A stretch of 64,000 nt of DNA from Escherichia coli (lineage in GTDB: Bacteria > Pseudomonadota > Gammaproteobacteria > Enterobacterales > Enterobacteriaceae), in the NCBI RefSeq assembly GCF_024502345.1, contig NZ_JALDNN010000001.1; one strand, given 5' to 3'. Position 1 is the first letter of the stretch; each line of letters starts with the position of its first letter. Positions 10,829-22,604 of the stretch are shown piece by piece. The notes under the pieces were generated by a model. It ran no database searches, had not been told where the DNA came from, and worked only from the letters and a program-made list of their open reading frames with translations. Position numbers and translations under genes: made by a program.

Positions 10829-11941
10829 ATGACGGATAATCCGAATAAAAAAACATTCTGGGATAAAGTCCATCTCGATCCCACAATGCTGCTGATTTTA
10901 CTGGCATTGCTGGTTTACAGCGCCCTGGTTATCTGGAGCGCCAGCGGTCAGGATATTGGCATGATGGAGCGTAAAATCGGCCAAATCGCGATGGGTCTGG
11001 TCATCATGGTGGTGATGGCGCAAATTCCTCCACGCGTTTATGAAGGCTGGGCCCCCTATCTCTATATCATCTGTATTATTTTGCTGGTGGCGGTAGATGC
11101 TTTCGGTGCCATCTCTAAAGGCGCTCAACGCTGGCTGGACCTCGGTATTGTTCGTTTTCAGCCGTCGGAAATTGCCAAAATAGCCGTACCACTGATGGTT
11201 GCGCGCTTTATCAACCGCGACGTTTGCCCGCCATCGTTGAAGAACACTGGCATCGCGCTGGTGCTGATATTTATGCCCACGCTGCTGGTGGCTGCACAGC
11301 CTGACCTGGGAACATCAATCCTCGTTGCGCTTTCCGGTCTGTTTGTACTGTTCCTCTCTGGCCTTAGCTGGCGTCTGATTGGCGTCGCAGTAGTGCTGGT
11401 AGCGGCGTTCATTCCGATTCTGTGGTTCTTCCTGATGCATGATTACCAGCGCCAGCGCGTAATGATGCTCCTGGACCCGGAATCAGACCCACTCGGCGCG
11501 GGCTATCACATTATTCAGTCTAAAATTGCTATTGGCTCCGGCGGATTACGCGGCAAAGGCTGGCTGCACGGCACTCAGTCACAGCTTGAATTTCTCCCCG
11601 AACGCCATACCGACTTTATCTTCGCGGTACTGGCGGAAGAGCTGGGATTAGTGGGCATTTTGATTCTGCTCGCTCTCTACATTCTGCTGATCATGCGCGG
11701 GCTGTGGATAGCCGCCAGAGCGCAAACCACCTTTGGTCGCGTAATGGCTGGCGGCTTAATGCTGATATTATTCGTTTATGTCTTCGTAAATATTGGTATG
11801 GTAAGCGGTATTCTGCCGGTTGTAGGGGTTCCGCTCCCACTGGTCAGTTATGGAGGATCGGCGCTAATTGTGCTGATGGCTGGGTTCGGGATTGTAATGT
11901 CAATCCACACCCACAGGAAAATGTTGTCGAAAAGCGTGTAA
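10829..11941 (+). CDS. mrdB: SEDS peptidoglycan polymerase RodA
   Basis: 370-aa polytopic membrane protein immediately downstream of mrdA. Confidence 0.97.
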   Translation: MTDNPNKKTFWDKVHLDPTMLLILLALLVYSALVIWSASGQDIGMMERKIGQIAMGLVIMVVMAQIPPRVYEGWAPYLYIICIILLVAVDAFGAISKGAQRWLDLGIVRFQPSEIAKIAVPLMVARFINRDVCPPSLKNTGIALVLIFMPTLLVAAQPDLGTSILVALSGLFVLFLSGLSWRLIGVAVVLVAAFIPILWFFLMHDYQRQRVMMLLDPESDPLGAGYHIIQSKIAIGSGGLRGKGWLHGTQSQLEFLPERHTDFIFAVLAEELGLVGILILLALYILLIMRGLWIAARAQTTFGRVMAGGLMLILFVYVFVNIGMVSGILPVVGVPLPLVSYGGSALIVLMAGFGIVMSIHTHRKMLSKSV

Positions 11942-11951
11942 GAGGTGCGCA

Positions 11952-13040
11952 ATGCGTAAGCAGTGGCTCGGGATCTGCATCGCGGCAGGAATGCTCGCGG
12001 CATGTACAAGCGATGATGGTCAGCAACAGACGGTAAGTGTACCGCAGCCTGCGGTATGTAACGGCCCCATAGTTGAAATTAGCGGGGCGGACCCGCGTTT
12101 CGAACCACTGAACGCGACGGCAAATCAGGATTACCAGCGCGACGGTAAAAGCTACAAAATCGTGCAGGATCCGTCTCGATTTAGCCAGGCGGGACTGGCG
12201 GCAATCTATGATGCCGAACCAGGCAGTAACCTGACGGCCTCTGGCGAAGCTTTCGATCCGACACAGCTGACGGCGGCCCATCCAACGCTTCCGATCCCCA
12301 GCTACGCCAGAATCACTAACCTGGCTAACGGGCGAATGATCGTGGTGCGCATTAATGATCGCGGCCCTTACGGCAACGACCGCGTTATTTCGCTTTCTCG
12401 CGCGGCAGCTGACCGTCTTAACACGTCAAACAACACCAAAGTTCGTATCGATCCGATTATTGTCGCCCAGGATGGTTCGCTTTCTGGTCCTGGTATGGCT
12501 TGTACCACAGTCGCCAAACAGACTTACGCCCTGCCTGCACCTCCCGATTTAAGCGGTGGCGCGGGAACAAGTTCAGTGTCTGGCCCGCAGGGTGACATTC
12601 TTCCGGTCAGTAATTCGACGCTAAAAAGCGAAGATCCGACCGGCGCGCCGGTAACCAGCAGCGGTTTCCTCGGCGCACCAACGACCTTAGCGCCAGGTGT
12701 ACTGGAAGGCAGCGAACCGACGCCTGCGCCACAGCCCGTTGTTACAGCTCCGTCGACAACGCCTGCAACCTCGCCTGCAATGGTGACACCGCAAGCCGCC
12801 TCGCAAAGCGCCAGCGGCAACTTTATGGTGCAGGTCGGGGCCGTTAGCGATCAGGCTCGTGCGCAACAGTACCAACAGCAACTGGGACAGAAGTTCGGCG
12901 TCCCCGGTCGCGTAACTCAAAATGGCGCAGTCTGGCGGATCCAACTTGGCCCATTCGCCAGCAAAGCCGAAGCCAGTACCTTGCAGCAACGTTTGCAAAC
13001 CGAAGCCCAATTACAGTCATTTATTACCACCGCGCAGTAG
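11952..13040 (+). CDS. rlpA: septal ring lytic transglycosylase/lipoprotein RlpA (SPOR domain)
   Basis: 362 aa; lipobox LAAC; Pro/Thr/Ser-rich linker; C-terminal SPOR-like region. Confidence 0.93.
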   Translation: MRKQWLGICIAAGMLAACTSDDGQQQTVSVPQPAVCNGPIVEISGADPRFEPLNATANQDYQRDGKSYKIVQDPSRFSQAGLAAIYDAEPGSNLTASGEAFDPTQLTAAHPTLPIPSYARITNLANGRMIVVRINDRGPYGNDRVISLSRAAADRLNTSNNTKVRIDPIIVAQDGSLSGPGMACTTVAKQTYALPAPPDLSGGAGTSSVSGPQGDILPVSNSTLKSEDPTGAPVTSSGFLGAPTTLAPGVLEGSEPTPAPQPVVTAPSTTPATSPAMVTPQAASQSASGNFMVQVGAVSDQARAQQYQQQLGQKFGVPGRVTQNGAVWRIQLGPFASKAEASTLQQRLQTEAQLQSFITTAQ

Positions 13041-13179
13041 CGTAAAGCAGGCATCTGATGTGTCAATTTCTGTAAATGACGTTAACAAAGTCACGCGGAA
13101 AGTCAGATGCCTGCCGGTAGTGCATTTGCTATAGTAGGGCACTTTTTTTAATTCCATCACGGATGTCGTAGTTCAGACC

Positions 13180-14391
13180 ATGAATACCATTTTTTCCGCT
13201 CGTATCATGAAGCGCCTGGCGCTCACCACGGCTCTTTGCACAGCCTTTATCTCTGCTGCACATGCCGATGACCTGAATATCAAAACTATGATCCCGGGTG
13301 TACCGCAGATCGATGCGGAGTCCTACATCCTGATTGACTATAACTCCGGCAAAGTGCTCGCCGAACAGAACGCAGATGTCCGCCGCGATCCTGCCAGCCT
13401 GACCAAAATGATGACCAGTTACGTTATCGGCCAGGCAATGAAAGCCGGTAAATTTAAAGAAACTGATTTAGTCACTATCGGCAACGACGCATGGGCCACC
13501 GGTAACCCGGTGTTTAAAGGTTCTTCGCTGATGTTCCTCAAACCGGGCATGCAGGTTCCGGTTTCTCAGCTGATCCGCGGTATTAACCTGCAATCGGGTA
13601 ACGATGCTTGTGTCGCCATGGCTGATTTTGCCGCTGGTAGCCAGGACGCTTTTGTTGGCTTGATGAACAGCTACGTTAACGCCCTGGGCCTGAAAAACAC
13701 CCACTTCCAGACGGTACATGGTCTGGATGCTGATGGTCAGTACAGCTCCGCGCGAGATATGGCGCTGATCGGCCAGGCATTGATCCGTGACGTACCGAAT
13801 GAATACTCGATCTATAAAGAAAAAGAATTTACGTTTAACGGTATTCGCCAGCTGAACCGTAACGGCCTGTTATGGGATAACAGCCTGAATGTCGACGGCA
13901 TCAAAACCGGACACACTGACAAAGCGGGTTACAACCTTGTTGCTTCTGCGACTGAAGGCCAGATGCGCTTGATTTCTGCGGTGATGGGCGGACGTACTTT
14001 TAAAGGCCGTGAAGCCGAAAGTAAAAAACTGCTAACCTGGGGCTTCCGTTTCTTCGAAACCGTTAACCCACTGAAAGTAGGTAAAGAGTTCGCCTCTGAA
14101 CCGGTTTGGTTTGGTGATTCTGATCGCGCTTCGTTAGGGGTTGATAAAGACGTGTACCTGACCATTCCGCGTGGTCGCATGAAAGATCTGAAAGCCAGCT
14201 ATGTGCTGAACAGCAGTGAATTGCATGCGCCGCTGCAAAAGAATCAGGTCGTCGGAACTATCAACTTCCAGCTTGATGGCAAAACGATCGAGCAACGCCC
14301 GCTGGTTGTGTTGCAAGAAATCCCGGAAGGTAACTTCTTCGGCAAAATCATTGATTACATTAAATTAATGTTCCATCACTGGTTTGGTTAA
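13180..14391 (+). CDS. dacA: D-alanyl-D-alanine carboxypeptidase PBP5
   Basis: 403 aa; signal peptide; SLTK active-site and KTG motifs. Confidence 0.96.
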
Positions 14392-14448
14392 AAATTGAAC
14401 ACTTGAAAGTGTAATTTCCGTCCCCATATACTAAGCATCAGTAAAAAA

Positions 14449-14478
14449 ACTCCCGCCTTCTGGCGGGAGTTGCTATTT
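14449..14478 (+). terminator. stem-loop terminator downstream of dacA
   Basis: ctcccgcc-ttct-ggcgggag hairpin flanked by A-run upstream and T-rich tail. Confidence 0.5.
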
Positions 14479-14501
14479 AATTACGTTACGCCGGAGCTGA
14501 C

Positions 14502-14765
14502 ATGAAAACCAAACTTAACGAACTGCTTGAATTCCCTACTCCTTTTACTTACAAAGTTATGGGGCAGGCGTTACCTGAGCTGGTTGATCAGGTGGTTGAA
14601 GTAGTACAGCGCCATGCGCCAGGTGACTACACCCCAACGGTAAAACCAAGCAGCAAAGGCAACTACCACTCGGTATCTATCACTATCAACGCCACTCATA
14701 TCGAGCAGGTTGAAACACTATATGAAGAACTGGGCAAAATCGATATTGTCCGCATGGTTCTGTAA
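14502..14765 (+). CDS. ybeD: DUF493 family protein YbeD
   Basis: 87-aa [24 protein letters not shown]..., upstream of lipB. Confidence 0.9.
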
Positions 14766-14865
14766 CTCGCTTCTCCGTTACCCGGCTCCTGGTCGGGTAA
14801 CTCCCCCCTCCTCGCTGTGATATACTTTTCCCCCACTTTTACTCATTCTCCACGGAGATGCCGTT

Positions 14866-15507
14866 TTGTATCAGGATAAAATTCTTGTCCGCCAGCTCGG
14901 TCTTCAGCCTTACGAGCCAATCTCCCAGGCTATGCATGAATTCACCGATACCCGCGATGATAGTACCCTTGATGAAATCTGGCTGGTCGAGCACTATCCG
15001 GTATTCACCCAAGGGCAGGCAGGAAAAGCGGAGCACATTTTAATGCCGGGTGATATTCCGGTGATCCAGAGCGATCGCGGTGGACAGGTGACTTATCACG
15101 GGCCGGGGCAACAGGTGATGTATGTGTTGCTTAACCTGAAACGCCGTAAACTCGGTGTGCGTGAACTGGTGACCTTGCTTGAGCAAACAGTGGTGAATAC
15201 CCTGGCTGAACTGGGTATAGAAGCGCATCCTCGGGCTGACGCGCCAGGTGTCTATGTCGGGGAAAAGAAAATTTGCTCACTGGGTTTACGTATTCGACGC
15301 GGTTGTTCATTCCACGGTCTGGCATTAAACGTCAATATGGATCTTTCACCATTTTTACGTATTAATCCTTGTGGGTATGCCGGAATGGAAATGGCTAAAA
15401 TATCACAATGGAAACCCGAAGCGACGACTAATAATATTGCACCACGTTTACTGGAAAATATTTTAGCGCTACTAAACAATCCTGACTTCGAATATATTAG
15501 CGCTTAA
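14866..15507 (+). CDS. lipB: octanoyltransferase LipB
   Basis: 213 aa; TTG start codon read at 14866. Confidence 0.93.
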   Translation: MYQDKILVRQLGLQPYEPISQAMHEFTDTRDDSTLDEIWLVEHYPVFTQGQAGKAEHILMPGDIPVIQSDRGGQVTYHGPGQQVMYVLLNLKRRKLGVRELVTLLEQTVVNTLAELGIEAHPRADAPGVYVGEKKICSLGLRIRRGCSFHGLALNVNMDLSPFLRINPCGYAGMEMAKISQWKPEATTNNIAPRLLENILALLNNPDFEYISA

Positions 15508-15766
15508 TTCCATACATCAATGGCCCAATTTACACTGGGTCATTACTCATAATACCTGCTAATGCTTTACATCTCCTTCGCGTTTGTATATTTTCTTTAT
15601 CACTTGCAGAAATGCGATGCTACGCCTTGCTCCGTAACTCACCCCATTGATTAACTTATTGAAATAGTTGATTATGGTGAGCAAAAGCGTTCCGTTCCAA
15701 TTAGACATAAGATTATTGTAATTTTTTTAAATATTATTTTTCCATGAATAAAATTGGAGTAAGTGC

Positions 15767-16720
15767 GTGGATAGTAATAATCAAATCGAACCCTGTTTAA
15801 GCAGAAAGTCGTCAGAAGGTAAACCACAAATATTTACAACCTTACGAAATATTGATCTTAACCTTCTGACTATTTTTGAAGCTGTATATGTACATAAAGG
15901 GATCGTTAATGCAGCGAAAGTGCTTAATCTGACCCCCTCGGCAATCAGTCAGTCTATTCAGAAACTGCGCGTTATATTCCCTGACCCATTGTTTATTCGC
16001 AAAGGCCAGGGTGTCACTCCTACCGCATTTGCGATGCATCTACATGAGTATATCAGTCAGGGCCTTGAGTCCATTCTTGGCGCGCTGGATATCGAAGGAA
16101 GCTATGATAAGCAACGAACGATAACTATTGCGACCACCCCCTCGGTCGGAGCCCTGGTCCTTCCTGTCATTTATCGGGCGATTAAAACTCACTATCCGCA
16201 GCTTTTACTGCGCAACCCGCCCATCAGCGACGCGGAAAACCAACTCAGTCAGTTTCAAACCGATCTCATCATCGATAACATGTTTTGCACCAATCGTACG
16301 GTGCAACATCATGTTCTGTTCACCGACAATATGGTGTTAATTTGCCGCGAGGGAAATCCACTACTCTCTTTAGAAGATGACAGAGAGACTATCGACAACG
16401 CTGCACATGTACTCCTGTTACCGGAAGGACAAAATTTCAGCGGTCTGCGGCAGAGAATTCAAGAGATGTTTCCGGACCGGCAGATCAGCTTCACCAGCTA
16501 CAACATTTTGACAATAGCTGCACTGGTTGCCAACAGTGACATGTTAGCGATTATTCCCAGCCGTTTTTATAACCTGTTTAGCCGTTGCTGGCCGCTGGAA
16601 AAACTGCCTTTTCCGTCCTTAAATGAGGAGCAAATAGATTTCTCTATCCACTACAACAAATTCAGCCTGCGTGATCCCATCCTGCACGGAGTAATAGATG
16701 TTATCCGTAATGCATTTTGA
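15767..16720 (+). CDS. ybeF: LysR-family transcriptional regulator YbeF
   Basis: 317 aa with N-terminal HTH (LTPSAISQSIQKLR); GTG start; between lipB and lipA. Confidence 0.85.
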   Translation: MDSNNQIEPCLSRKSSEGKPQIFTTLRNIDLNLLTIFEAVYVHKGIVNAAKVLNLTPSAISQSIQKLRVIFPDPLFIRKGQGVTPTAFAMHLHEYISQGLESILGALDIEGSYDKQRTITIATTPSVGALVLPVIYRAIKTHYPQLLLRNPPISDAENQLSQFQTDLIIDNMFCTNRTVQHHVLFTDNMVLICREGNPLLSLEDDRETIDNAAHVLLLPEGQNFSGLRQRIQEMFPDRQISFTSYNILTIAALVANSDMLAIIPSRFYNLFSRCWPLEKLPFPSLNEEQIDFSIHYNKFSLRDPILHGVIDVIRNAF

Positions 16721-16928
16721 AAAAGTATTGTTACAGCCAGATCACAGCGCAGAACGATAAAATGGCACAATCCAACAACAATTTTACATTTTCGCGACCG
16801 CTTTGGCTGCTTTCAGGTCCGTTTCAATGATATACTGCCAGTCGTTAATTCAAAAATAGTTGATAATTACAACAATCTATTGAATTGAAACGCTTTCCTT
16901 CGTAATTCGCAACTGGAACACGCACGCT

Positions 16929-17894
16929 ATGAGTAAACCCATTGTGATGGAACGCGGTGTAAAATACCGCGATGCCGATAAGATGGCCCTTATCCCGGTT
17001 AAAAACGTGGCAACAGAGCGCGAAGCCCTGCTGCGCAAGCCGGAATGGATGAAAATCAAGCTTCCAGCGGACTCTACACGTATCCAGGGCATCAAAGCCG
17101 CAATGCGCAAAAATGGCCTGCATTCTGTCTGCGAGGAAGCCTCCTGCCCTAACCTGGCGGAATGCTTCAACCAAGGCACAGCAACGTTTATGATCCTCGG
17201 CGCTATTTGTACCCGCCGTTGTCCGTTCTGTGACGTTGCCCACGGTCGCCCGGTAGCTCCTGATGCCAATGAACCAGTGAAACTGGCGCAGACCATTGCC
17301 GATATGGCGCTGCGTTATGTGGTTATCACCTCCGTTGACCGTGATGACCTGCGCGATGGCGGTGCCCAGCACTTTGCGGATTGCATTACTGCCATTCGGG
17401 AAAAAAGCCCGCAAATCAAAATTGAAACTCTGGTGCCGGATTTCCGCGGTCGTATGGATCGTGCTCTGGATATTCTGACTGCAACGCCACCAGATGTGTT
17501 CAACCATAACCTGGAAAACGTACCGCGTATTTACCGTCAGGTACGGCCTGGTGCAGATTACAACTGGTCGCTGAAGCTGCTGGAACGCTTTAAAGAAGCG
17601 CATCCGGAAATCCCGACCAAGTCTGGTCTGATGGTGGGTCTGGGTGAAACCAATGAAGAAATTATTGAGGTAATGCGCGACCTGCGCCGTCATGGTGTGA
17701 CGATGTTAACGCTGGGGCAATATTTGCAGCCAAGCCGCCATCACCTGCCGGTTCAACGTTACGTTAGCCCGGATGAGTTCGACGAAATGAAAGCCGAAGC
17801 GCTGGCGATGGGCTTTACCCATGCTGCATGCGGTCCGTTTGTCCGCTCTTCTTACCACGCCGATTTGCAGGCGAAAGGGATGGAAGTTAAGTAA
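16929..17894 (+). CDS. lipA: lipoyl synthase (radical SAM)
   Basis: 321 aa; CxxxCxxC radical-SAM motif (CTRRCPFC) plus N-terminal Cys cluster. Confidence 0.97.
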   Translation: MSKPIVMERGVKYRDADKMALIPVKNVATEREALLRKPEWMKIKLPADSTRIQGIKAAMRKNGLHSVCEEASCPNLAECFNQGTATFMILGAICTRRCPFCDVAHGRPVAPDANEPVKLAQTIADMALRYVVITSVDRDDLRDGGAQHFADCITAIREKSPQIKIETLVPDFRGRMDRALDILTATPPDVFNHNLENVPRIYRQVRPGADYNWSLKLLERFKEAHPEIPTKSGLMVGLGETNEEIIEVMRDLRRHGVTMLTLGQYLQPSRHHLPVQRYVSPDEFDEMKAEALAMGFTHAACGPFVRSSYHADLQAKGMEVK

Positions 17895-17923
17895 ACCTGT
17901 AATAATTACTTACATCTGTCTGA

Positions 17924-17955
17924 TAAAAAACCCGCTTTTTGAAGCGGGTTTTTTG
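17924..17955. terminator. bidirectional intrinsic terminator between lipA and tatE
   Basis: aaaaaacccgctt-tttg-aagcgggtttttt; A-run and T-run on both sides. Confidence 0.7.
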
Positions 17956-17994
17956 TATCGAACAAGATATTGAGGGAGCGTCCTGCTCGCCACG

Positions 17995-18198
17995 TCACTC
18001 TTTATGAGAGAGCTTTTCAGCCTGAAGATCAACGTCTGCGCCTTTTTTCGCCGCAGCATCGTCATCATTCATCGCCTTCTTGAACCCTTTAATGGCCGCT
18101 CCAAGGTCTCCGCCCAGCGTACGTAACTTCTTAGTCCCAAACAGCAGAACGACCAGCGCCGCAACTACCAGCAGTTTGGTAATACTAATCTCACCCAT
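17995..18198 (-). CDS. tatE: twin-arginine translocase subunit TatE
   Basis: 67 aa [33 protein letters not shown]... Confidence 0.93.
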   Translation of the reverse strand: MGEISITKLLVVAALVVLLFGTKKLRTLGGDLGAAIKGFKKAMNDDDAAAKKGADVDLQAEKLSHKE

Positions 18199-18326
18199 AG
18201 ATACCTTCTTGACATATAACCGGCAACAGAACGCGCCTTAAAAACCAGAGAATATTAACGGTCATTCGACGCGCGCACACAATAGCAATCTGTAACAAGG
18301 TGAATCAAGCGCCGAGTAAAAAAACA

Positions 18327-19121
18327 TCATAATAATTGCGGCGACGCAAAGCGACGGTTGTTTAAGACGGGCAGTTGCGCGCGCACCTGACGCACACGTT
18401 CGGGCGTCACTTCCGCCATAATGAGTGCAGGCATTTCTGACGCTGCCGCAATGGTGACGCCAAAGGGATCTATAATCCGGCTTTGCCCGATATTTTTGTT
18501 CCCGCACTCCCCCGCCGCCACCATATAACAGGTGGTATCCAGCGCACGAGCGGCAAGCAACGTTGACCAGTGATGCTCTTTGAGCGGCCCGCGAACCCAG
18601 GCGGCAGGAAGCACCAGGATTTCAGCTCCCTGTAATGCCTGTGCCAGCGCCAGCTCTGGAAAGCGTAAGTCATAACAGGTCATCAGACCGACCTTCATCC
18701 CTTCCACCTCCAGTAACGGAGCTATTTCATTACCAGCATCAACATGGCGTGATTCCTGAATGGCAAATGCATCATAGAGATGCAGTTTGGCATAACGGGC
18801 GACAATGTTTCCTGCCTGTAGCGCCACCAGCATATTCCATGCGCGCCCCGGCGTTGAAGGAACATGAATCGTCAGAATTGTCGTCATCATGTTACGTTTA
18901 CTTTCTCGCCGTAAACGTCCGAGGAATTCGCCTTCCAGCAGCTGTGCTGATTTAACCGATAGATCTGCATCATGATCATCGCGTGCCAGCAATGCTTCCG
19001 GCAGGACAAACAGCGATACGTCGTTTTCCGCCGCCTGCGCCATCAACGAGGCACAAATCTCAGCGTTCTTTTCCCACACAGATGTAACAGCAAACTGTCC
19101 TGCAGCAACCAGCATTGCCAC
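18327..19121 (-). CDS. ybeM: carbon-nitrogen hydrolase (nitrilase superfamily; deaminated glutathione amidase-like), intact
   Basis: Uninterrupted 264-codon ORF upstream of tatE; nitrilase-superfamily fold expected from locus and length. Confidence 0.85.
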   Translation of the reverse strand: MAMLVAAGQFAVTSVWEKNAEICASLMAQAAENDVSLFVLPEALLARDDHDADLSVKSAQLLEGEFLGRLRRESKRNMMTTILTIHVPSTPGRAWNMLVALQAGNIVARYAKLHLYDAFAIQESRHVDAGNEIAPLLEVEGMKVGLMTCYDLRFPELALAQALQGAEILVLPAAWVRGPLKEHHWSTLLAARALDTTCYMVAAGECGNKNIGQSRIIDPFGVTIAAASEMPALIMAEVTPERVRQVRAQLPVLNNRRFASPQLL

Positions 19122-19207
19122 CTCCTGTCAGAGTCGTAAAATTCGCCAACGACGATTATTCGGCGTTACACTTATCACTCATACAAATCAAATAGCAGGA
19201 TTTTGCA

Positions 19208-19591
19208 GTGTTACAACTTCTTTTAGCAGTTTTTATTGGCGGTGGTACAGGAAGCGTGGCGAGATGGCTGTTAAGTATGCGATTTAACCCGCTGCATCAG
19301 GCGATTCCGTTGGGGACGCTGGCAGCAAACCTGATTGGGGCATTCATCATAGGAATGGGATTCGCCTGGTTCAGCAGGATGACGAACATTGATCCAGTGT
19401 GGAAAGTATTAATCACCACCGGATTTTGTGGCGGTCTAACAACCTTCTCAACATTTTCGGCAGAAGTGGTGTTTTTGTTACAAGAGGGCCGCTTTGGCTG
19501 GGCGTTACTGAACGTTTTCGTCAACCTTCTGGGGTCTTTTGCCATGACAGCACTGGCTTTCTGGCTGTTTTCGGCCTCAACCGCACACTAA
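19208..19591 (+). CDS. crcB: fluoride ion channel CrcB/FluC
   Basis: 127-aa four-TM ORF, GTG start, adjacent to cspE. Confidence 0.9.
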
Positions 19592-19595
19592 AGAC

Positions 19596-19627
19596 CAAAA
19601 AAAAACCCGCTGATTAAGCGGGTTTTG
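19596..19627. terminator. bidirectional intrinsic terminator between crcB and cspE (convergent)
   Basis: aaaaaaaaacccgct-gattaa-gcgggtttt. Confidence 0.7.
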
Positions 19628-19645
19628 AATTCTTGCTGACGTATC

Positions 19646-19855
19646 TTACAGAGCGATTACGTTTGCAGCAGAAGGGCCTTTGGCACCGTTAGTGATTTCG
19701 AACTCTACGCGCTGACCTTCAGCAAGAGTTTTAAAACCATTAGTCTGGATTGCAGAGAAGTGTACGAACACGTCTTTGCTGCCGTCTTCCGGAGTAATGA
19801 AACCGAATCCTTTGGACTCATTAAACCACTTAACGTTACCTTTAATCTTAGACAT
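19646..19855 (-). CDS. cspE: cold-shock-domain protein CspE
   Basis: 69 aa [37 protein letters not shown]...; track ORF is a 5' extension. Confidence 0.95.
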
Positions 19856-20029
19856 CAAAATTACCTTTACATGAAAAATAGACACAAATGCTGTGTCGGT
19901 TACCAGTACACCAATTGTGGTACGCTTTGTCCAGTGCAACTTTACTAAAAAGTGATAAAAGTCGCGTTATTTTTGATGTTACTTATTTTAGCTATTGATT
20001 TTAAAGAAGTTACTAAAACTTCATTTGTC

Positions 20030-20590
20030 TCAAAACTGAAAGCGCATCCAGGCAAAGTACACATTGCCATTGTTGTAGGTACCCGGAATGTAGGTCATCT
20101 GAAAAGTCACTGGGCCATAACCCACGGAGGCCAATGGCAGTAGAACCGGGAGAGGGATGTAATTCCAGTTATCGCGTGCCGTTACGCCAGCGGTGAATCC
20201 CAGACCTAAATGAAAATTTTCATCCGCCAGCGGTCGCCAGGTACTTTCCCATCCGTATCCGGCAATCGGTTCCCATTTGTTCCACGAGTCCTTAAATGCC
20301 ATGGCATACAGGCCATGCCAGTTTCCTTTTTCATCCCAACGCGACAGGCCAAAACCGCCACCCCACGGTCGCTCGTTATAGCGATCGGTTTTTTCTTTGT
20401 CGTAAGCGAAACGTGCATGCCAGGTGATGGCAGGAATATATAAATCATAATGTTCAGGCTGTTGCCAGGTTTGTGCAATATTTTCTCTAAACGTTGTCAT
20501 CCACTCATCTGCGTTAGCAAAAACTTTACCAACGCTGATTAACTGAATAAAAACAAAGGAAAAGATAGCGACATATTTACTCACGTTCAT
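20030..20590 (-). CDS. pagP: lipid A palmitoyltransferase PagP
   Basis: 186 aa starting [16 protein letters not shown]; outer-membrane beta-barrel. Confidence 0.93.
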   Translation of the reverse strand: MNVSKYVAIFSFVFIQLISVGKVFANADEWMTTFRENIAQTWQQPEHYDLYIPAITWHARFAYDKEKTDRYNERPWGGGFGLSRWDEKGNWHGLYAMAFKDSWNKWEPIAGYGWESTWRPLADENFHLGLGFTAGVTARDNWNYIPLPVLLPLASVGYGPVTFQMTYIPGTYNNGNVYFAWMRFQF

Positions 20591-21178
20591 TTGTGACCAT
20601 AAAACATTTATCAAAAATCTACTACTAGCATAGCAAAGCTACAATTAACATAACCTTAATAGACCCAACATAAAGAATAATCTGAATAGCTGCTCTATTT
20701 ATTTCCGCTTGTTCAAGTTAAATATTTCCGCGCATCGATTAAAGATGATGCGTCGTTTTCTGCGATGGGAATAGTCAAAAAAGAAAAACCAAGTCTTTTT
20801 TGATGACAAAATGCAATCAAGGAAAAATTATTTTATTTTTTAACTAGATACAACAATCATCTTAACGAAGTATATAATATAAATCGTCAACCTATGCTCA
20901 TGTTAGATTATTTTTTGAGCGCACAGCCGCAGCTAACACCATTGCAATTAACAAATTTGCATCAATCCACCATCAATTTACACACATTATTATGTGATAA
21001 TTGCCAACCGCTAAATATGCGTTTTGTTATCTATGTATAAAAACAGCAACTTCAATGTCTTAATGGCAGTTTTTCTTGATTTTAATCAGCATTCATCGCC
21101 AATTTATTGGGCATATTTTTTCCTTAAGCTTTAGGAATTTTTTATTATTTACTTTGGGGCCTGGAGACAGGAAAAATT

Positions 21179-22564
21179 ATGCTGACATTCATTGAACTCC
21201 TTATTGGGGTTGTGGTTATTGTGGGTGTAGCTCGCTACATCATTAAAGGGTATTCCGCCACTGGTGTGTTATTTGTCGGTGGCCTGTTATTGCTGATTAT
21301 CAGTGCCATTATGGGGCACAAAGTGTTACCGTCCAGCCAGGCTTCAACAGGCTACAGCGCCACGGATATCGTTGAATACGTTAAAATATTACTAATGAGC
21401 CGCGGCGGCGACCTCGGCATGATGATTATGATGCTGTGTGGATTTGCCGCTTACATGACCCATATCGGCGCGAATGATATGGTGGTCAAGCTGGCGTCAA
21501 AACCATTGCAGTATATTAACTCCCCTTACCTGCTGATGATTGCCGCCTATTTTGTCGCCTGTCTGATGTCTCTGGCCGTCTCTTCCGCAACCGGTCTGGG
21601 TGTTTTGCTGATGGCAACCCTATTTCCGGTGATGGTAAACGTTGGTATCAGTCGTGGCGCAGCTGCTGCCATTTGTGCCTCCCCGGCGGCGATTATTCTC
21701 GCACCGACTTCAGGGGATGTGGTGCTGGCGGCGCAAGCTTCCGAAATGTCGCTGATTGACTTCGCCTTCAAAACGACGCTGCCTATCTCAATTGCTGCAA
21801 TTATCGGCATGGCGATCGCCCACTTCTTCTGGCAACGTTATCTGGATAAAAAAGAGCACATCTCTCATGAAATGTTAGATGTCAGTGAAATCACCACCAC
21901 TGCTCCTGCGTTTTATGCCATTTTGCCGTTCACGCCGATCATCGGTGTACTGATTTTTGACGGTAAATGGGGTCCGCAATTACACATCATCACTATTCTG
22001 GTGATTTGTATGCTGATTGCCTCCATTCTGGAGTTCCTCCGCAGCTTTAATACCCAGAAAGTTTTCTCTGGTCTGGAAGTGGCTTATCGCGGAATGGCAG
22101 ATGCGTTTGCTAACGTGGTGATGCTGCTGGTTGCCGCTGGGGTATTCGCTCAGGGGCTTAGCACCATCGGCTTTATTCAAAGTCTGATTTCTATCGCTAC
22201 CTCGTTTGGTTCGGCGAGTATCATCCTGATGCTGGTATTGGTGATTCTGACCATGCTGGCGGCAGTCACGACCGGTTCAGGCAATGCGCCGTTTTATGCG
22301 TTTGTTGAGATGATCCCGAAACTGGCGCACTCTTCCGGCATTAACCCGGCGTATTTGACTATCCCGATGCTGCAGGCGTCAAACCTGGGCCGTACCCTTT
22401 CGCCCGTTTCTGGCGTAGTCGTTGCGGTTGCCGGGATGGCGAAGATCTCGCCGTTTGAAGTCGTAAAACGCACCTCGGTACCGGTGCTTGTTGGTTTGGT
22501 GATTGTTATCGTTGCTACAGAGCTGATGGTGCCAGGAACGGCAGCAGCGGTCACAGGCAAGTAA
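21179..22564 (+). CDS. dcuC: anaerobic C4-dicarboxylate transporter DcuC
   Basis: 461-aa polytopic membrane protein, uninterrupted; preceded by long AT-rich control region. Confidence 0.95.
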   Translation: MLTFIELLIGVVVIVGVARYIIKGYSATGVLFVGGLLLLIISAIMGHKVLPSSQASTGYSATDIVEYVKILLMSRGGDLGMMIMMLCGFAAYMTHIGANDMVVKLASKPLQYINSPYLLMIAAYFVACLMSLAVSSATGLGVLLMATLFPVMVNVGISRGAAAAICASPAAIILAPTSGDVVLAAQASEMSLIDFAFKTTLPISIAAIIGMAIAHFFWQRYLDKKEHISHEMLDVSEITTTAPAFYAILPFTPIIGVLIFDGKWGPQLHIITILVICMLIASILEFLRSFNTQKVFSGLEVAYRGMADAFANVVMLLVAAGVFAQGLSTIGFIQSLISIATSFGSASIILMLVLVILTMLAAVTTGSGNAPFYAFVEMIPKLAHSSGINPAYLTIPMLQASNLGRTLSPVSGVVVAVAGMAKISPFEVVKRTSVPVLVGLVIVIVATELMVPGTAAAVTGK

Positions 22565-22572
22565 ATAGTAAT

Positions 22573-22600
22573 GCCGGAGGCAAGTTTCCTCCGGCTTTAT
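22573..22600 (+). terminator. intrinsic terminator downstream of dcuC
   Basis: gccggagg-caagttt-cctccggc followed by tttat. Confidence 0.65.
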
Positions 22601-22604
22601 CATG

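Noticed and set aside
16845-17693. 282-aa minus-strand ORF overlapping lipA
   Set aside because: Antisense to lipA, whose radical-SAM Cys motifs identify the true frame
19122-19207. Possible fluoride riboswitch upstream of crcB
   Set aside because: The short AT-rich leader shows no conserved crcB-motif helices or pseudoknot; I do not recall an E. coli fluoride riboswitch at this gene
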